This document shows positions 41,441 to 54,860 of a DNA stretch of 64,000 nt, in pieces (position 1 is the first letter of the stretch; each line of letters starts with the position of its first letter). The translations under genes were made by a program, and so were the position numbers. The notes beneath the pieces are model-generated. The model was not told where the DNA came from. It saw nothing but the letters and a program-made list of their open reading frames with translations, and did not search any database. This stretch comes from Octopus vulgaris (taxonomy: Eukaryota): NCBI GenBank assembly GCA_951406725.2, contig OX597823.1, forward strand, positions 28,954,001 through 29,018,000, written 5' to 3'.

Positions 41441-41898
41441 GCGTAGGAGTGATTGTGTGGTAAGTAGCGTGCTTACGAACCATATGGTTCCGGGTTCAGT
41501 CACTGCGTGGTACTTTAGGCAAGTGTCTTCTACTATAGCCTCGGGCCGACCAAAGCCTTGTGAGTGGATTTGGTAGACGGAAACTAAAGGAAGTCCGTCG
41601 AATATATATATGTATATATATATATGTGTATGTGTGTGTGTGCGCGTGTGTTTGTGTGTGTGTGTGTGTATGTGTATGTTTGTGTGTCTGTGTTTATCCC
41701 CCCAACATCGCTTGACAACCGATAGTGGTATGTTTACGTCCCCGTAACTTAGCGTTTTGGCAAAAAGTGACCGATAGAATAAGTACTAGGCTTACAAAGA
41801 ATAAGTCCTGGGGTCGATTTGCTCGACTAAAGGCGGTGCTTCAGCATGGCCACAGTCACATGACTGAAACAAGTAACAAGTAAAAGAGTAGAAGAGTA
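41441..41898 (+). mobile_element. SINE family A, well-preserved copy
   Basis: Head with GGTTCCGGGTTCAGTC, body, internal (TA)/(TG)n and tail with GTAAAAGA-like repeats. Confidence 0.9.
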
Positions 41899-42001
41899 AG
41901 CGTGTCAGCAGTTTTTTCTCATTTTCCTCCTCTTCTTCTTCCTCTTCTCCTTCTTCCCCTCCTCCACCTCTTCCTCTCCCTCCTCCTCCTCCTCCTCCTC
42001 C

Positions 42002-42045
<44 letters not shown>

Positions 42046-43560
42046 GTCATCATTATCATCCTTGCTTTCAACGCTGACATTATTTCAAAGCAAATATTTT
42101 TTTCCGCTTAATTAACAATTACCTGATCTCATTAGCACAATTCCAGCCCCAGCCTCTACCCCATGTCAAAAGAAAATGAAAATAAAGATTAGAAATAAAA
42201 AAACCACGTGTAGCCAATATAATTGTTGCCGTTTACATTCCGTCTCTTTTCAGCAAAAACTAATAGCGTCCCAGTTGTGACCATCCCATCTATTTTCAAA
42301 ACCTAGAATTATATATCATCAATAATGTAGCGTTGCTGTTACTGGTGTTGTTTTCTCCATTATTTGATGCAAAAAAGTTTTCCAATCATGCCCATCCCAT
42401 CTATTTTCTAAACCTGGAATTACATTACAACAATTAATGTCAACAATGCAGTGCTTTCTCTTGTTATTGTTGCTGTTGTTTAACCCAGAAGGAAAGTAGA
42501 ACTAAGTGATATATAATCAAAAGCGTTCCAGATATGACGATCTGATATAGTTTCCAATATCATCAATATTGTTGTTGTTGTTGTTTCCACGTCACTTTCC
42601 TAATCATCTGTGGTGAAAAACCTCCAGTTCTGACTATTCCATTTATTTTTAATTTGATTACTCATTCACTATGTCCTACATTTTAAGATATTCCAGCAAA
42701 ATTTGCAGGGTATTAAACTACTATTTCTAGGACGACGAGCGACCAGTTGGAGGTTTTATTGTTTTCGTTGTTGATCTTCCAGATGTTGTTTAGCACCCGG
42801 TTAGTCCCAATCCAACAACACTATGATCAACGACGTTCCAACTGCGACACACCCGTCTATTTTCCGGGCAGAGCCTGTCTAGAAATACATCATATACATA
42901 ACTTTTACGTTTTTCAAGATGACAGTGTGCTATACCTAAAAGATTTAGCTCTTATGCATAGTTTGTGTAGAGGCGTACACGTTGGATCGTAGGGATTCCT
43001 CTGCTAGTTGTGTTCATCAACCCTGAAACAGCTCTGACCAAAAATACCTGTCATCAAAAACGTAGTTATCCAAATTAACTTTCTCACGGTAAATTAAGGG
43101 CTACTTTATGTAATATATCCTTCAATTGAAAAATTATAGACGAAGACAATTTAGCAACTATTCCTAGCAAACATTTGATCATGCCCTAAAGGGAACCTAA
43201 TCCAAATACGATGTTTCAGTTATGTACTTGGTTTGCAACATTTTGTGTGTTAAAACATATTTTGTTGCATTTTGGGAGGGTCGATATGCCCATAAACACA
43301 CACACACACTGATTCTGTTTCACTTCTTTATGTTTATTTGTCACTCGCTTCAATAAAAAAGTAAAGTACAGTGTGCGGGTACGTTTCTTATTGGCATAAT
43401 GACCCAACTTTTACGGTGTGTTCGACTTGTAATTTTGATTTTACTGGTTTTGTCAAAGGGAAAATGTGAGCGATCATGTCTTTATCGGGCTTCATTAGTT
43501 CTTTATCCTCACATAATTCTCATTGATTAGATCTATGAACAAAAGTGTTCTAACCAAGAC

Positions 43561-44436
43561 TAGGTGGCCTGATCAATAAGCATCCGGACTGTTGCTATAG
43601 CAACGAAGCTCAAGCACGCAAAGTAAAACCGCTTGACAAAGATTAGCATGGAAATTTGTTTTGCATGCGCACTATGTTATAGCTCACTTTCACTGTTTAC
43701 AGCAGTATTTGGAAGGAACGTGTGTAGCGTGTGATCGTCACATTGACCATGACAGAGAAAGTTGTCATGGCGATACTATGGCGATACCTGCTGAGGCAAA
43801 GTTTCAGAAAGTGTATGGAGAGGAGTGTATGAGCCGCACACATGTGAACGAGTGGTTCAAACGTTTCCAAGATGGCCGAAAAAATGTAGATATTGACGAA
43901 CGTTCTGGGAGGCCCCCAACCAGAAGAACTGAGAAAATCATCGCAGATGCGCATGCAGCTATGTGGGAAAATCCTCGAACCATCATCAGTGAGTTATCAG
44001 GGGATGTGCAGATTAGTTACAGTTCTGTTCAGTCCATTATCACTGAAGATTTGGGCATGAGACACGTGTTTGGCAAGTTTATACCAAAACTGCTTTCAGC
44101 TGAGCAAAAAGACACTCGGGTTTCAGTTGCACAAGATCTCCTTGATTGTATCGAGAACGATGAGAGCTTTTTGAAAGCTTTGCGTAGACTTCTGAGTAGG
44201 TATCACCAAACTTTTGGCAAAGTTGATGCAGATTCTGTCATTGTCAATGCGACAATCACACACTACACATCTTCCTTCCAAGCACTACTGTAAGCAGCAA
44301 AAGTGCGGTAGAACGCTAAAACTTAGTGCACATGCACAGCAAAGTTTGAGATCAATCTGTGCCAAGCGGCTTTACTCTGCATACTTCAGCTTCGTTACAA
44401 TAGCAACAGTCCGGATACTTATTGATGAGACTACTA
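43561..44436 (+). mobile_element. Internally deleted mariner element with ~110-bp imperfect TIRs
   Basis: TIRs ..TGATCAATAAGCATCCGGACTGTTGCTA / TAGCAACAGTCCGGATACTTATTGATGA..; ORF 43661..44293 has the HTH region (VYGEECMSRTHVNEWFKRF, ERSGRP, KFIPKLLS) but no DDD domain. Confidence 0.9.
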
Positions 44437-45275
44437 TACAGCCTCTTTGACCACAAGAACACTGTCCAATGTCTCTTTTATAAGCTGAGAATTGTGATTT
44501 GTAGGGAAGTAGCAGCTGCTACCTTTAGCAGGTCAAAAGAATCGCCTAAAGGCTATGTTGTCAGTTCGCAGTTTTCTTTCTCTCGTAAGATGTGACTTGA
44601 GGAAGACTGTAATGGTTATTTCTAGCAGGTTGAGTTTCCACATCGAGGCTCCCTCCTCTTGGTTCGTGTTGTTGTTGTAGCTGATGGTTTACTGTTGTTT
44701 ATCCAGAGATCACTTTGATCGATCAATACTTATAATAAATGATCAACAGCCTTCCATATATGACAACCCATTCTTCTACATGTCCTACCTTTTTATAACA
44801 TGATAATATGTGCTTGGAGGAAAGTCTTATTGCTATTTCCAGCAGATGGAAAGTCAATGCATACAAACTTCCTTCAACTCATTCTTGTCACGTTTCCCCT
44901 CAGGTATCAATCAGCAAAAACTCAAATGAATATCGATGACATCGTTTTTCATCTTGGAAGTGCTTACAGGGTCTTTGTTATCTGACACATTTCTTTCAAA
45001 TAATGATTTAACCCCATTGAACTTGTAAAATAAGCTTTAGAGGGAAGCTACATGGCTTTGTATTTACGGTTGAAAATAACTATGGTGATGATGATGACGA
45101 CGATGATGATGGCTATACTTGATGACTCATGATATGATGATATTCAGGATCATGATCATGATGTGTGTGTGTGTCTTTAGCCAACCTCAAAACAAGCTCA
45201 TGTGGCCCCCCAGGAGTATCGTTAGTCCACTTTACTCTTTAAGGGGTACAGGGCCGGTTTTCCACTTTCTCTGAC

Positions 45276-45327
<52 letters not shown>

Positions 45328-45507
45328 TTCCTGAACGGGGTGCCGGTCTGTAGCAGAATCACTCATTTTTTTTTACCGGCAGAGTAGAACAGAACAACAT
45401 GAAATGAACCGTTTCGCTCAAGAACACAACGCATCACCCAGTCCTTGGATCGAAACCAGAACCTGACGATCATGAGTCCAAAACCTTAACCCCTATTCCA
45501 GGATTAT

Positions 45508-45676
45508 AGGCGCAGGAGAGGTTGTGTGGTAAGAAGCTTGCTTCCTAATCATATGGTTCTGGGTTCTTGGGCAAGTGTCTTCTACTATAGCCTCGGGTCG
45601 ACCAAAGCTTTGTGAATGGATTTGGAGGACGGAAATTGAAAGAAGCCCGTCGTATACACACACACACACACATACT

Positions 45677-45711
<35 letters not shown>

Positions 45712-45718
45712 GTATGTA

Positions 45719-45771
<53 letters not shown>

Positions 45772-46160
45772 TTTTACTCTTTTACTCTTTTACTTGTTTC
45801 AGTCATTTGACTGCGGCCATGCTGGAGCACCGCCTTTAGTCGAGCAACTTATTCTTTTGTAAGCCCAGTACTTATTCTATCGGTCTCTTTTGCCGAACCG
45901 CTAAGTAACGGGGACATAAACACACCAGCATCGGTTGTCAAGCAATGCTAGGGGGACAAACACAGACACACAAACACACACACGCATATATATATATATA
46001 CATATATACGACGGGCTTCTTTCAGTTTCCGTCTACCAAATCCACTCACAAGGCTTTGGTCGGCCCGAGGCTATAGTAGAAGACACTTGCCCAAGGTGCC
46101 ACGTAGTAGGACTGAACCCGGAACCATGTGGTTAGTAAACAAGCTACTTACCACACAGCC
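45508..46160. mobile_element. Two SINE family A copies in opposite orientation
   Basis: Plus-strand head half 45508-45655; complete minus-strand copy 45770-46160. Confidence 0.85.
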
Positions 46161-46410
46161 AGAGGGAGATAAATTGAATATTAATTTAAAACCAGTAGCC
46201 TAGTTAATATAAAAATATCTGAAAAATCAGAAAAACATTTCAATACATGTGTATATTTAGGGATAAACCACTAGGTAGATAACCAATACGCTTGAAGAAG
46301 ATCACCTACGATCTAGCTACAAAGAAAATAATGTTCTCCAGAGAAAATTCAGCAAACACCAGAACATAAGCGGGCAAGACAGTAGAAAATTATATAAAAA
46401 TCAAGAATTA

Positions 46411-46484
46411 ATCGTATACCGGTTTCGTCTATTACCGAATAAATTACTTACATAATCTTTCGCCCGCAGACTCGTCAGTACGAT
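46411..46484 (-). ncRNA. Type I hammerhead ribozyme with long loop II
   Basis: AUCGUA CUGACGA GUCU [37 nt] AGAC GAAA CCGG UA UACGAU: perfect 6-bp stem I, 4-bp stem II, palindromic stem III ACCGGU, GUA cleavage triplet. Confidence 0.85.
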
Positions 46485-47555
46485 CGTTCGAATCCAATAT
46501 AATTTGAAAAACTAAACACTAGCTGTCCATATAAGACTAGACATGTGCTCAGTTCTACCGATTACATTGGAGTTATTTCAGAAAAAAATTTCATCAAAAA
46601 GTGGCAGCATATTAAAATACCTTTAAAGGTAAAAATTATAAGCAACTTATAAACAAGGGCAAAAGAAAAATTATTTCCATGCCAATATGCTGATAACAGA
46701 CTTTAAGTCATCAATTTCCACATATCATTATACACTCACGATAGATAAAAACACGTCGTGCTGAAATCGGGAAGCTAGTCGACAGAATTTTTTTAAAAGT
46801 TCGTTATTTCTATATTGAATCAATTTCAGAATTCAGCATGGAATTTTTCCGTCTTCAGTAGAAAATACGATAAGGAATAAATGAAATACTTACACGCACC
46901 CATGGAAAAAAGCAGAAGCAAAAGTTATGTGTACACATAAGTACCCCAGTCCTTAAACTAGCCTCAGCACACGTGTGAACTATTCCAAACCACAGCTTAT
47001 AGTGGTTTCTAAGTGAATGGTGATAAATCTACTATTAATATAGGATGTATATATATATATGTATGCATTTGTGTGACTGTATTTTGTCCCACAGCACCAT
47101 CGCTTGACATCCGATGCTGGTGTGTTTACGTCCGTTTAACCTAGCGTTTCGGCAATAGTAACCGATAGAGTAAGTATTGAGCTTACAAACAATACGTCCT
47201 GGGGGTCCTTTCGGGGTTGATAAATTAAGTACCAGTTACGCACTGGATTCGATGTAATCGACTTAATCTCTTTGTTTGTCCTTGTCTGTCCCCCTCTATG
47301 TTTAGCCCCTTGTGGGCAATAAAGAAATAGGTATTTCGTCTGTCTTTACGTTCTGAGTTCAAATTCCGCCGAGTTCGACTTTGCCTTTCATCTTTCGGGA
47401 CCCAAAAATAAGAACCAGTTGCATACTGTAGTCGATCTAATCGACTGCCCCCCTCTCCAAATATTTAGGGCCTAGTGTCTAGAATAGAAAAGAATACACT
47501 GTATCAGTCGTCAATATTATTTTTTGCCGAAGGGTGTACAGCAATGAATTTTTAC

Positions 47556-47640
47556 CTGCTTCCAGAACGGTACCAAGAATGGGTCTTTGAAGTGCTGTCA
47601 TCGTACACACCTGACATATTTCTTACCAATCTGAGGAAAC
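47556..47640 (-). CDS. Candidate host-gene exon (GFLRLVRNMSGVYDDSTSKTHSWYRSGS+R)
   Basis: Acceptor tattttatgcAG, donor CAG|GTAAAA, 85 nt, only one frame open, in-frame ATG. Confidence 0.5.
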
Positions 47641-47672
47641 CTGCATAAAATATAGGTTTCCTTTCATATGTA

Positions 47673-47716
<44 letters not shown>

Positions 47717-47722
47717 CATACA

Positions 47723-47754
<32 letters not shown>

Positions 47755-47768
47755 CATATAAATATATT

Positions 47769-47805
<37 letters not shown>

Positions 47806-48440
47806 TCACATTATTTAAAAATCGATATAATTCGATCGTTAGATTTCGAACTTTTAGATAATATATTTTTTATTAGCTGCTATAGAGAGGGGTGACGTGG
47901 TGAGGTGGTGTGTAGCCATTAACTAAATATGTATGTATGAACGTACGTACGTAAGTATTATTTATGTATGTATATACGTACGTAATTAGGTATGCATGTA
48001 TGAACGTACGTAGATACGTATGTATGAATATATGTAACGAATGAATGTATGTATGCATGTAAGTATGTATGTAATGTATGTATATATATGTATGTTTCTA
48101 TTTATGTATGTTTGTATATAATGTATGTATGAATGTATGTAATGTTTGTATGTATGTGTGTGTGTATGTATGTAATGGAAGTGTGCATGTATGTGTATAT
48201 GCATGTATGCATGTACGTAAGCGCATGTGCGTTTTTATCTAGCTTGCTGCTAATGTGTAACAGGGATGTGAGATGAAGAGTGGTAACTAGTGTCAGATGA
48301 TAGACGCTCGAGCAGAGTGTCTTTGAAGCTAATAGTAAAATGAATTGACACATATTCTATAAATGTAAGAAATACTTAAATCAACTCTAGGTTCATTATA
48401 TCGAATGCTCATCACCTTAACACGCTCGATCATTTAAATG

Positions 48441-48476
<36 letters not shown>

Positions 48477-48478
<2 letters not shown>

Positions 48479-50280
48479 TGCAAACAACTTGCACATGCAA
48501 GTGCTACCAATTAAAAGCTCCGTATATCGGAAGCTAGCAAGTGTATGGGGTCATCAGGAGAGAATGCGCGCCGTTTCGGGGCCTACCTCTCGACGGCATC
48601 AATGCGCACCGGCCCCCCTCACTGATATGAGGCCCCGCTTGCTAGATCAGCTGGTTATGATGAACTCAATATACTTCTAGCCATCGCTCATCGTCTCTTT
48701 TTAACCAAATCCAGTGGCTAGCCTTCTCCACTGTAGATTGGATATCAGTCATGGTGGTATTGACTTTACGATGAGTTAGGCCTAACGATAACAACAGTCG
48801 TCTCACGCTGTGTCCTACAAACCCTCTACATCCGACTTCGATAGGAAAATGTTCCGCTTTCCAGCCTGCGTCTTCATATTCCTCGAGGAGGTTTTCATAA
48901 CGGTTTAATTTTCGAGCTCGAGCGGCGTCCATATTGTCTTCGTGAGGAACCGTTAATAAAGAAATCCTTCGTGAGGAACCGTTAGCTCGACTATATTTAA
49001 AACTTTCTTTCTTTCACACCATATCAAAATATCTGTTTTTTTCGAAACTGGGATGGGAAAGAAAACCTGGCACCCAGGTAAATCTGCAGTTACCTCCCAA
49101 TAGTCGTTCCACTTTTCATTTTTCTCAGGAAGTTTCTTGGTCTTCTTCTTGAAACGGATCTGCTGACCTGGTCGCACGAAGGTAATGAACTCTCTTGATG
49201 GTACTTTTAACGATTTTTCCTCAGTGTTGTTGAGATGAATTTGATTCTTTATAGCATTGAAGATAACCTTAAGGACCAAGTTGTGCCTCCATGTGTACCT
49301 GTTCAATGCTAACGAACAGTTGGAAAGAATATGTTTTAGTGTACCGACTTTTCCACATTTGCAGACGTTATTCTCTAAGACGTTCCATCTTACTAGATTC
49401 GTAGGTGATGGCAAAACATCATAAGATGAACGAATCAGGAAACTCAGCCGAGATGTTGTCCACTTCCACATCTCATCCCAACTTATCTTCCTCTCAACAA
49501 CATGTTCTTCCCATCTCGTCATCTGACCTTGATGAACACATCGGATCAAATGAAGCTCTCTTCTCTCTGCTTCTCTTGTTTTGACGCTGTTGCTAACAAC
49601 AGATCTGCGTTCACACGGCATCATGCTTGCAAACGGTCTGAACTGATCCGCGCCAAAACCAAATCCTTTCCGATGGTTCTGCGTTGCTCCCACCATATCT
49701 CTGTGTGTAAGAGAAGACAAGATGTTGTCAGTTTCTGCTTCTGCTTTCCACTTCCTGGCTGTTTTCACCTCTGGTGGGTTACGCCTGATTTCCATATCCT
49801 TCGATTCTCTCAGCATCATGACCGTCCGTATCTTCCCCAACTTATATATTTCGACTATTGATGCTATTGGTAACTGCAACGAACCTCTTTTACGATAAAG
49901 AGCTGAGCTGTTCAACATACGAGGTAGACCTAGCCACTTTCTAATGAACACATTACATTTTTGTTCGATCTTTTCAACTCGTGACAATGCTACTTCGTAT
50001 ATTAAAAGTGGCCACGCAAGTCGCGGGTACAGGCCGAACTGCAAGCACCAAATTTTATATTTACCTGGTAACTTCGAAACATCAATCGCTGATAACCCAG
50101 CCTCGGCCTGTTTCATAATTTCAATCCCACGACTTCTATCTGACAATGTTCCAGCGTATACTCGTCCCAAGCTCTTGACGGGCTCTTCCTTGACTGTTGG
50201 AATGCTTTCTTCCGATATTCGAAATTTAAATTCTTTCTGCACTCCCTTAACAAATGTCAGACTACGCGACTTTTTTGCTC

Positions 50281-50282
<2 letters not shown>
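48477..50282 (-). mobile_element. 5'-truncated HERO-like RLE LINE
   Basis: [80 protein letters not shown]; (TA)n on both sides. Confidence 0.88.
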
Positions 50283-50366
<84 letters not shown>

Positions 50367-50487
50367 CATATATATACATATATACATATACACACATATA
50401 TACATATATATATATAAACATATATGTATATATACATACACACATATATATATACATATATATACATATATATACATATATATACAT

Positions 50488-50540
<53 letters not shown>

Positions 50541-50926
50541 TGTGTGTCTGTGTATATGTGTATGCTCACATGTCCCTGATGCGTGTGTGGGTTTCTGAGA
50601 GCGAGCTGTGCAGAGCAAAGTACGTTAAAGTTTTATTATATTTTCCCTGAATGCTACACATTTTCCTTAAGGAGGTTGGTATATTGAAAGGAAGTAGTAT
50701 ACATATAGAAATAACCTAATTATCACAAGAAATTATGTTAATGCCTAGAGTTTCCTCGCAGACACCGCTTGTGAATTGCCCACCAACAACGGCTTATAAA
50801 ATGCAATGATTGACACAGTAGCTAACAAGTTGTTCGAATGATAAAAAGCAGCGAGCAGCTGATAACACTCCATATGTCAACTCTATTCTTCACAAGGTCC
50901 ATAAATTTGACTGTGAGCTACACAAG

Positions 50927-51207
50927 CTATTCTATCTCAATCACAGATGATTGAGATGAACCGGAAGTTGTTCCTCTACGATTACTATCGCAAACAGCAG
51001 TAAGCTTTCTTTAACCGAATACACGTCTTTGATTGGTTGAAATTACCCAAATACGACAACTTTAACACGAAGTAAATTCTAAAATACGAAATTTGGTCAA
51101 AAACGTTCAGAGTAAACTGTGTTCTACGTGAAAAATTCTACCAGTATTTGAAGATTCAAACTGTTTAGCTAGAAACCAAAATTTAATCTGTGATTGAGAT
51201 AGAATAG
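50927..51207. mobile_element. MITE-like element with perfect 22-bp TIRs
   Basis: CTATTCTATCTCAATCACAGAT ... ATCTGTGATTGAGATAGAATAG; non-coding interior. Confidence 0.7.
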
Positions 51208-51749
51208 ATCCGAAAAACATACCCTGATAAACTGTAACCATATCTGCTCATGATTAATGAACCTCTAAGTTAACCAGCTCCGATCAAGTTCATCAATGTT
51301 TATCATCAGCAACCACACAACTGAACCTTGGCACATGTGGACATTCTGACCAGAGGCACATGATGTTCCAGCATGCATTGATATAATAAACTGGAGTAAG
51401 ACACGAAGGCCCAATGATAATTAATTATGGAAGTGATGTATGTCAGACTTTACAAGAATAGTTGCTTCCCAGTGCGTTTCTGGGACTAACTACACTGTCC
51501 ATAACTTTGTCTCAGTTTTTTTTCGGTCTAGAGGATTGGACCGAACCCGATCACCAGAACTTTAAGAGATCTACCAACTCAGTGGCAGCCGGTGCTGCTG
51601 CTGCTGCTGCTGCTACTGACTGGCATAGACCTATCCGTCCAAATGCAAATTTTCAGTCCACGATCATTTCTACCATAGTGATCATAACATATGTAAGGAG
51701 CTGCGATGAATAAATCCACCACATATTTTAACTAGTGGGACTAGTTTAT

Positions 51750-52146
51750 TCTTTTCTACTCTAGGTACAAGGCCCGAAATATTTTGGGGAGGGTGCCAGT
51801 CGATTAGATCGACCCCGGTACGCAAGTGGTACTTAATTTGTCGACCTCGAAAGGATGAAAGGCAAAGTTGAACTCGGCGGAATTTGAACTCTGAACGTAG
51901 CTGCAGACCAAATACCTATTTCTTTACTACCCACAAGGGGCTAAACACAGAGAGAACAAACAAGGACAGACAAACGGATTGAGTCGATTATATCGACCCC
52001 AGTGCGTAACTGGTACTTATTTAATCGACCCCGAAAGGATGAAAGGCAAAGTCGATCTCGGCGGAATTTGAACTCAGAACGTAACGGCAAACGAAATACG
52101 GCCACGCATTTCGGCCGGTGTGCTAACGTTTCTGCCAGCTAGCCGC
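51750..52146 (-). mobile_element. SINE family B, dimeric form
   Basis: Reverse-complement match to 36364-36762. Confidence 0.85.
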
Positions 52147-53790
52147 CTAGCTAGCGGAACTAGTTTATGGCAGCGAAATAGCAAATAGAATGCTTTGCGA
52201 CATTTGTTGTGAAACTCGGTGCAATAATTTCAAATCACATCGAGCTTCGCTTTGCCTTTTATTCTTCCCAGGGTTGGAAAATAAAATAACTGTCAAGCAC
52301 TGGAATCGGTGGTATCGACTTCCTTACGATACTCACATTTTGTTGCTTTTGCATTGAAACTAGAAAGAATTATTAATATTATTATTAAAGCCAGAAAAAT
52401 GAATCGCGGTATATCTTCCGATATTTGTATGGTGAATGTACTTGTTTCCAACTCATAATCCAATTCAGTGGATAAAAGACACGGAACGACAGTATCGTTC
52501 TAACCTATATAAAATGGTGAAGTTCAAAATTCTGCACTGAATTTCGAGCTAATATCTCAAAGTCCGTTTTTTTTTGTCATTTAGGTCATATAACAATTGT
52601 AATGTCAATTGCAGTGCTTTCATGGAGTATTGCACTATATTCTATTGCATTGCATCGCATAATAGAATGCAGTAAAAATCTGTAAGCAGGTAAAATGTGC
52701 ACTACGGCTATGACTGTATCTATTCAGATCTATTATTACTGTGTGTAATACAGGCAGAGGGAGAGAGAGAGAGAGAAAGAGAGGAGGGATGGAGAGGGGG
52801 AGGAAGTGTAGAAATGGAGAGAAGTGGAAATGAGTTGAGAGAGAGGAGGAGGGGGAGAAAGAGAGAGAGAATAATACAGAATATCACGACAACTTAAATG
52901 TGATGACAATTTTAAAAAATATTTTTCTGTGCCGAAACAATGTATGAGTGTGTGTGTATGTGTGTGTATATGCGTGTGTGTGTATTCTGTGTCTGTGTTT
53001 GTGCGTGTGTGCGTGTATGCGCGTCTCTGTATGTGTGCGTAAAAAGCAGAGAGGAAAACTGTTGGATGAGGAAAGAGAGAGAGCAGAAAGGAAGAAAGAA
53101 GGGCAAAGAGAAGAAAGAGGAAAAGAATAAAAGGAGGAGTAAGAGAGATAAGAGGAAGTCGTATTCTGGATGAGGGGGCGAAGTGGCGCACTTGTTAGAG
53201 CGTTGAATAGAATGATTTACAGTATTTGCTCAGCCTTTCGGTGCTCTGTGTTCAAATCACACCAAGATAATCTTAACCTTTAATCCTTCTCCGCGGTTGA
53301 TAAACCAATCTGTCAAGAACAGAATCGATAGTAACGACTAACCCACTGTCCACAAAATCGTTGCCCTTCTGTCAAAATTAGAAAACATTATTATTAAGGC
53401 GATGAACTGGCAGAATCGTTGGAGAAGCGGATAAAATGATTTCTAACATTTATTCCGGCTCTGCATTTAATTCCCGCTAGGTGCTGTGGAGGGGGTCAAT
53501 GAAATGGACTTACCACCGCCTCTAAAATTGCTGGCCTTGGGCAAAAAAATTGAAGCCTTTATTTCTAACATTATTTAAGGCGGCGACGTGGCCGGATCGT
53601 TAGCATGCCGGAGGAAATGCTTAGCGGTATTTCATCAGCTGCTACGTTCTGAGTTCAAATTACGCCGATCTCGACTTTGGCTATCATCCTTTTGGAGTCG
53701 ATTAAATAAGTACCATTTACGCACTGGAGTTGATGTAATCGACTTAATCTCTTTCCCCATATTTGAGGTCTTGTGCTTCCAGTAGAAAGG

Positions 53791-53838
<48 letters not shown>

Positions 53839-53864
53839 TGTATTATTATCATTATTATTATCAT

Positions 53865-54260
53865 TGCCTTTGCACAGCTTCTAACGCTGGAGATGTATAC
53901 AGTGTCAGCTGTTCACTACAAGTGAACTAAGATACCACTTAATTTTCGAGCACCTTCTGGAGTATTCGAGCGGTTCCAAGCAGTGCTGTTTTCTCCAAGT
54001 GCTCTACCCTTATTGCAGCCCCTATTTGTTCCACGTAATTCTCGAGATTTTTGCTCACTGTTCCCAGAGCTCCCACAACTATTGGTACTTCTGCTACCAT
54101 TTTCATCGACCACAACTGCTTAACGTCCCAAGTTAACCTGTCATATCTCTTGACTTTTCTCTCTTCCTTATCGCATACCTGGTTGTCAGCTAGGCATGCT
54201 ATACCTATGATCCGGCATTGTTTGTCCTCTTTCTCAATTAAGACTATGTCCGGCTTCCTA
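53865..54260 (-). mobile_element. 3' fragment of another R4/Dong-like family
   Basis: KPDIVLIEK..IGIA..KEEEKVKRYD on the minus strand; same 3' UTR at 33455-33597(-) and 55790-55958(+); AAT-flanked. Confidence 0.8.
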
Positions 54261-54263
54261 TTC

Positions 54264-54326
<63 letters not shown>

Positions 54327-54364
54327 CATTATTGAGTGAGAGAGCAGTACATGTCATCAAAATG

Positions 54365-54860
54365 AGTATATATAGTACGCAGGGGATTTTTAAGGGGCTG
54401 TACCTCTGAAAAACCTAAACCTTGTGTATAATACGCGCCCCTTCTCTAACTTGAGTCGTGCGTAATTTAGCCAGCAGCACCTAGTCGAACAAACACTTCA
54501 GCGCATGCGTAATACAATAATGATGATGTTCTTAACTGTTATATGGGAATGTAAATATGTTTGCAAATTGTTTTTGTTACATGTTCTTCTGTGTTCTGAA
54601 TACTTTTATTTTAATAAATGTTGCTTACTGCAAGTTATGGATGATTCTTTTATGACTTCACTGCTTTCAGACTTAGCTTAAGGTATTTTCGCACCCTACA
54701 TCACAAAATGCGTCTTAATAAACATTGCCGGACAGCAAATACAAACGCGGACATTGCTTAGAATATATTTTTCATTTTTAACCTCGTATATAGTACGCAC
54801 TAGGGATTTTGATCTTTAATTTTGGGAAGAAAGTTCAGTTTATACTCGAGGATTTACGTT
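54365..54860. mobile_element. Possible pogo/Tc2-type non-autonomous remnant
   Basis: Repeated GTATATAGTACGCA motif and a TIR-like end TATACTCGAGGATTTACG; left end not found. Confidence 0.35.
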
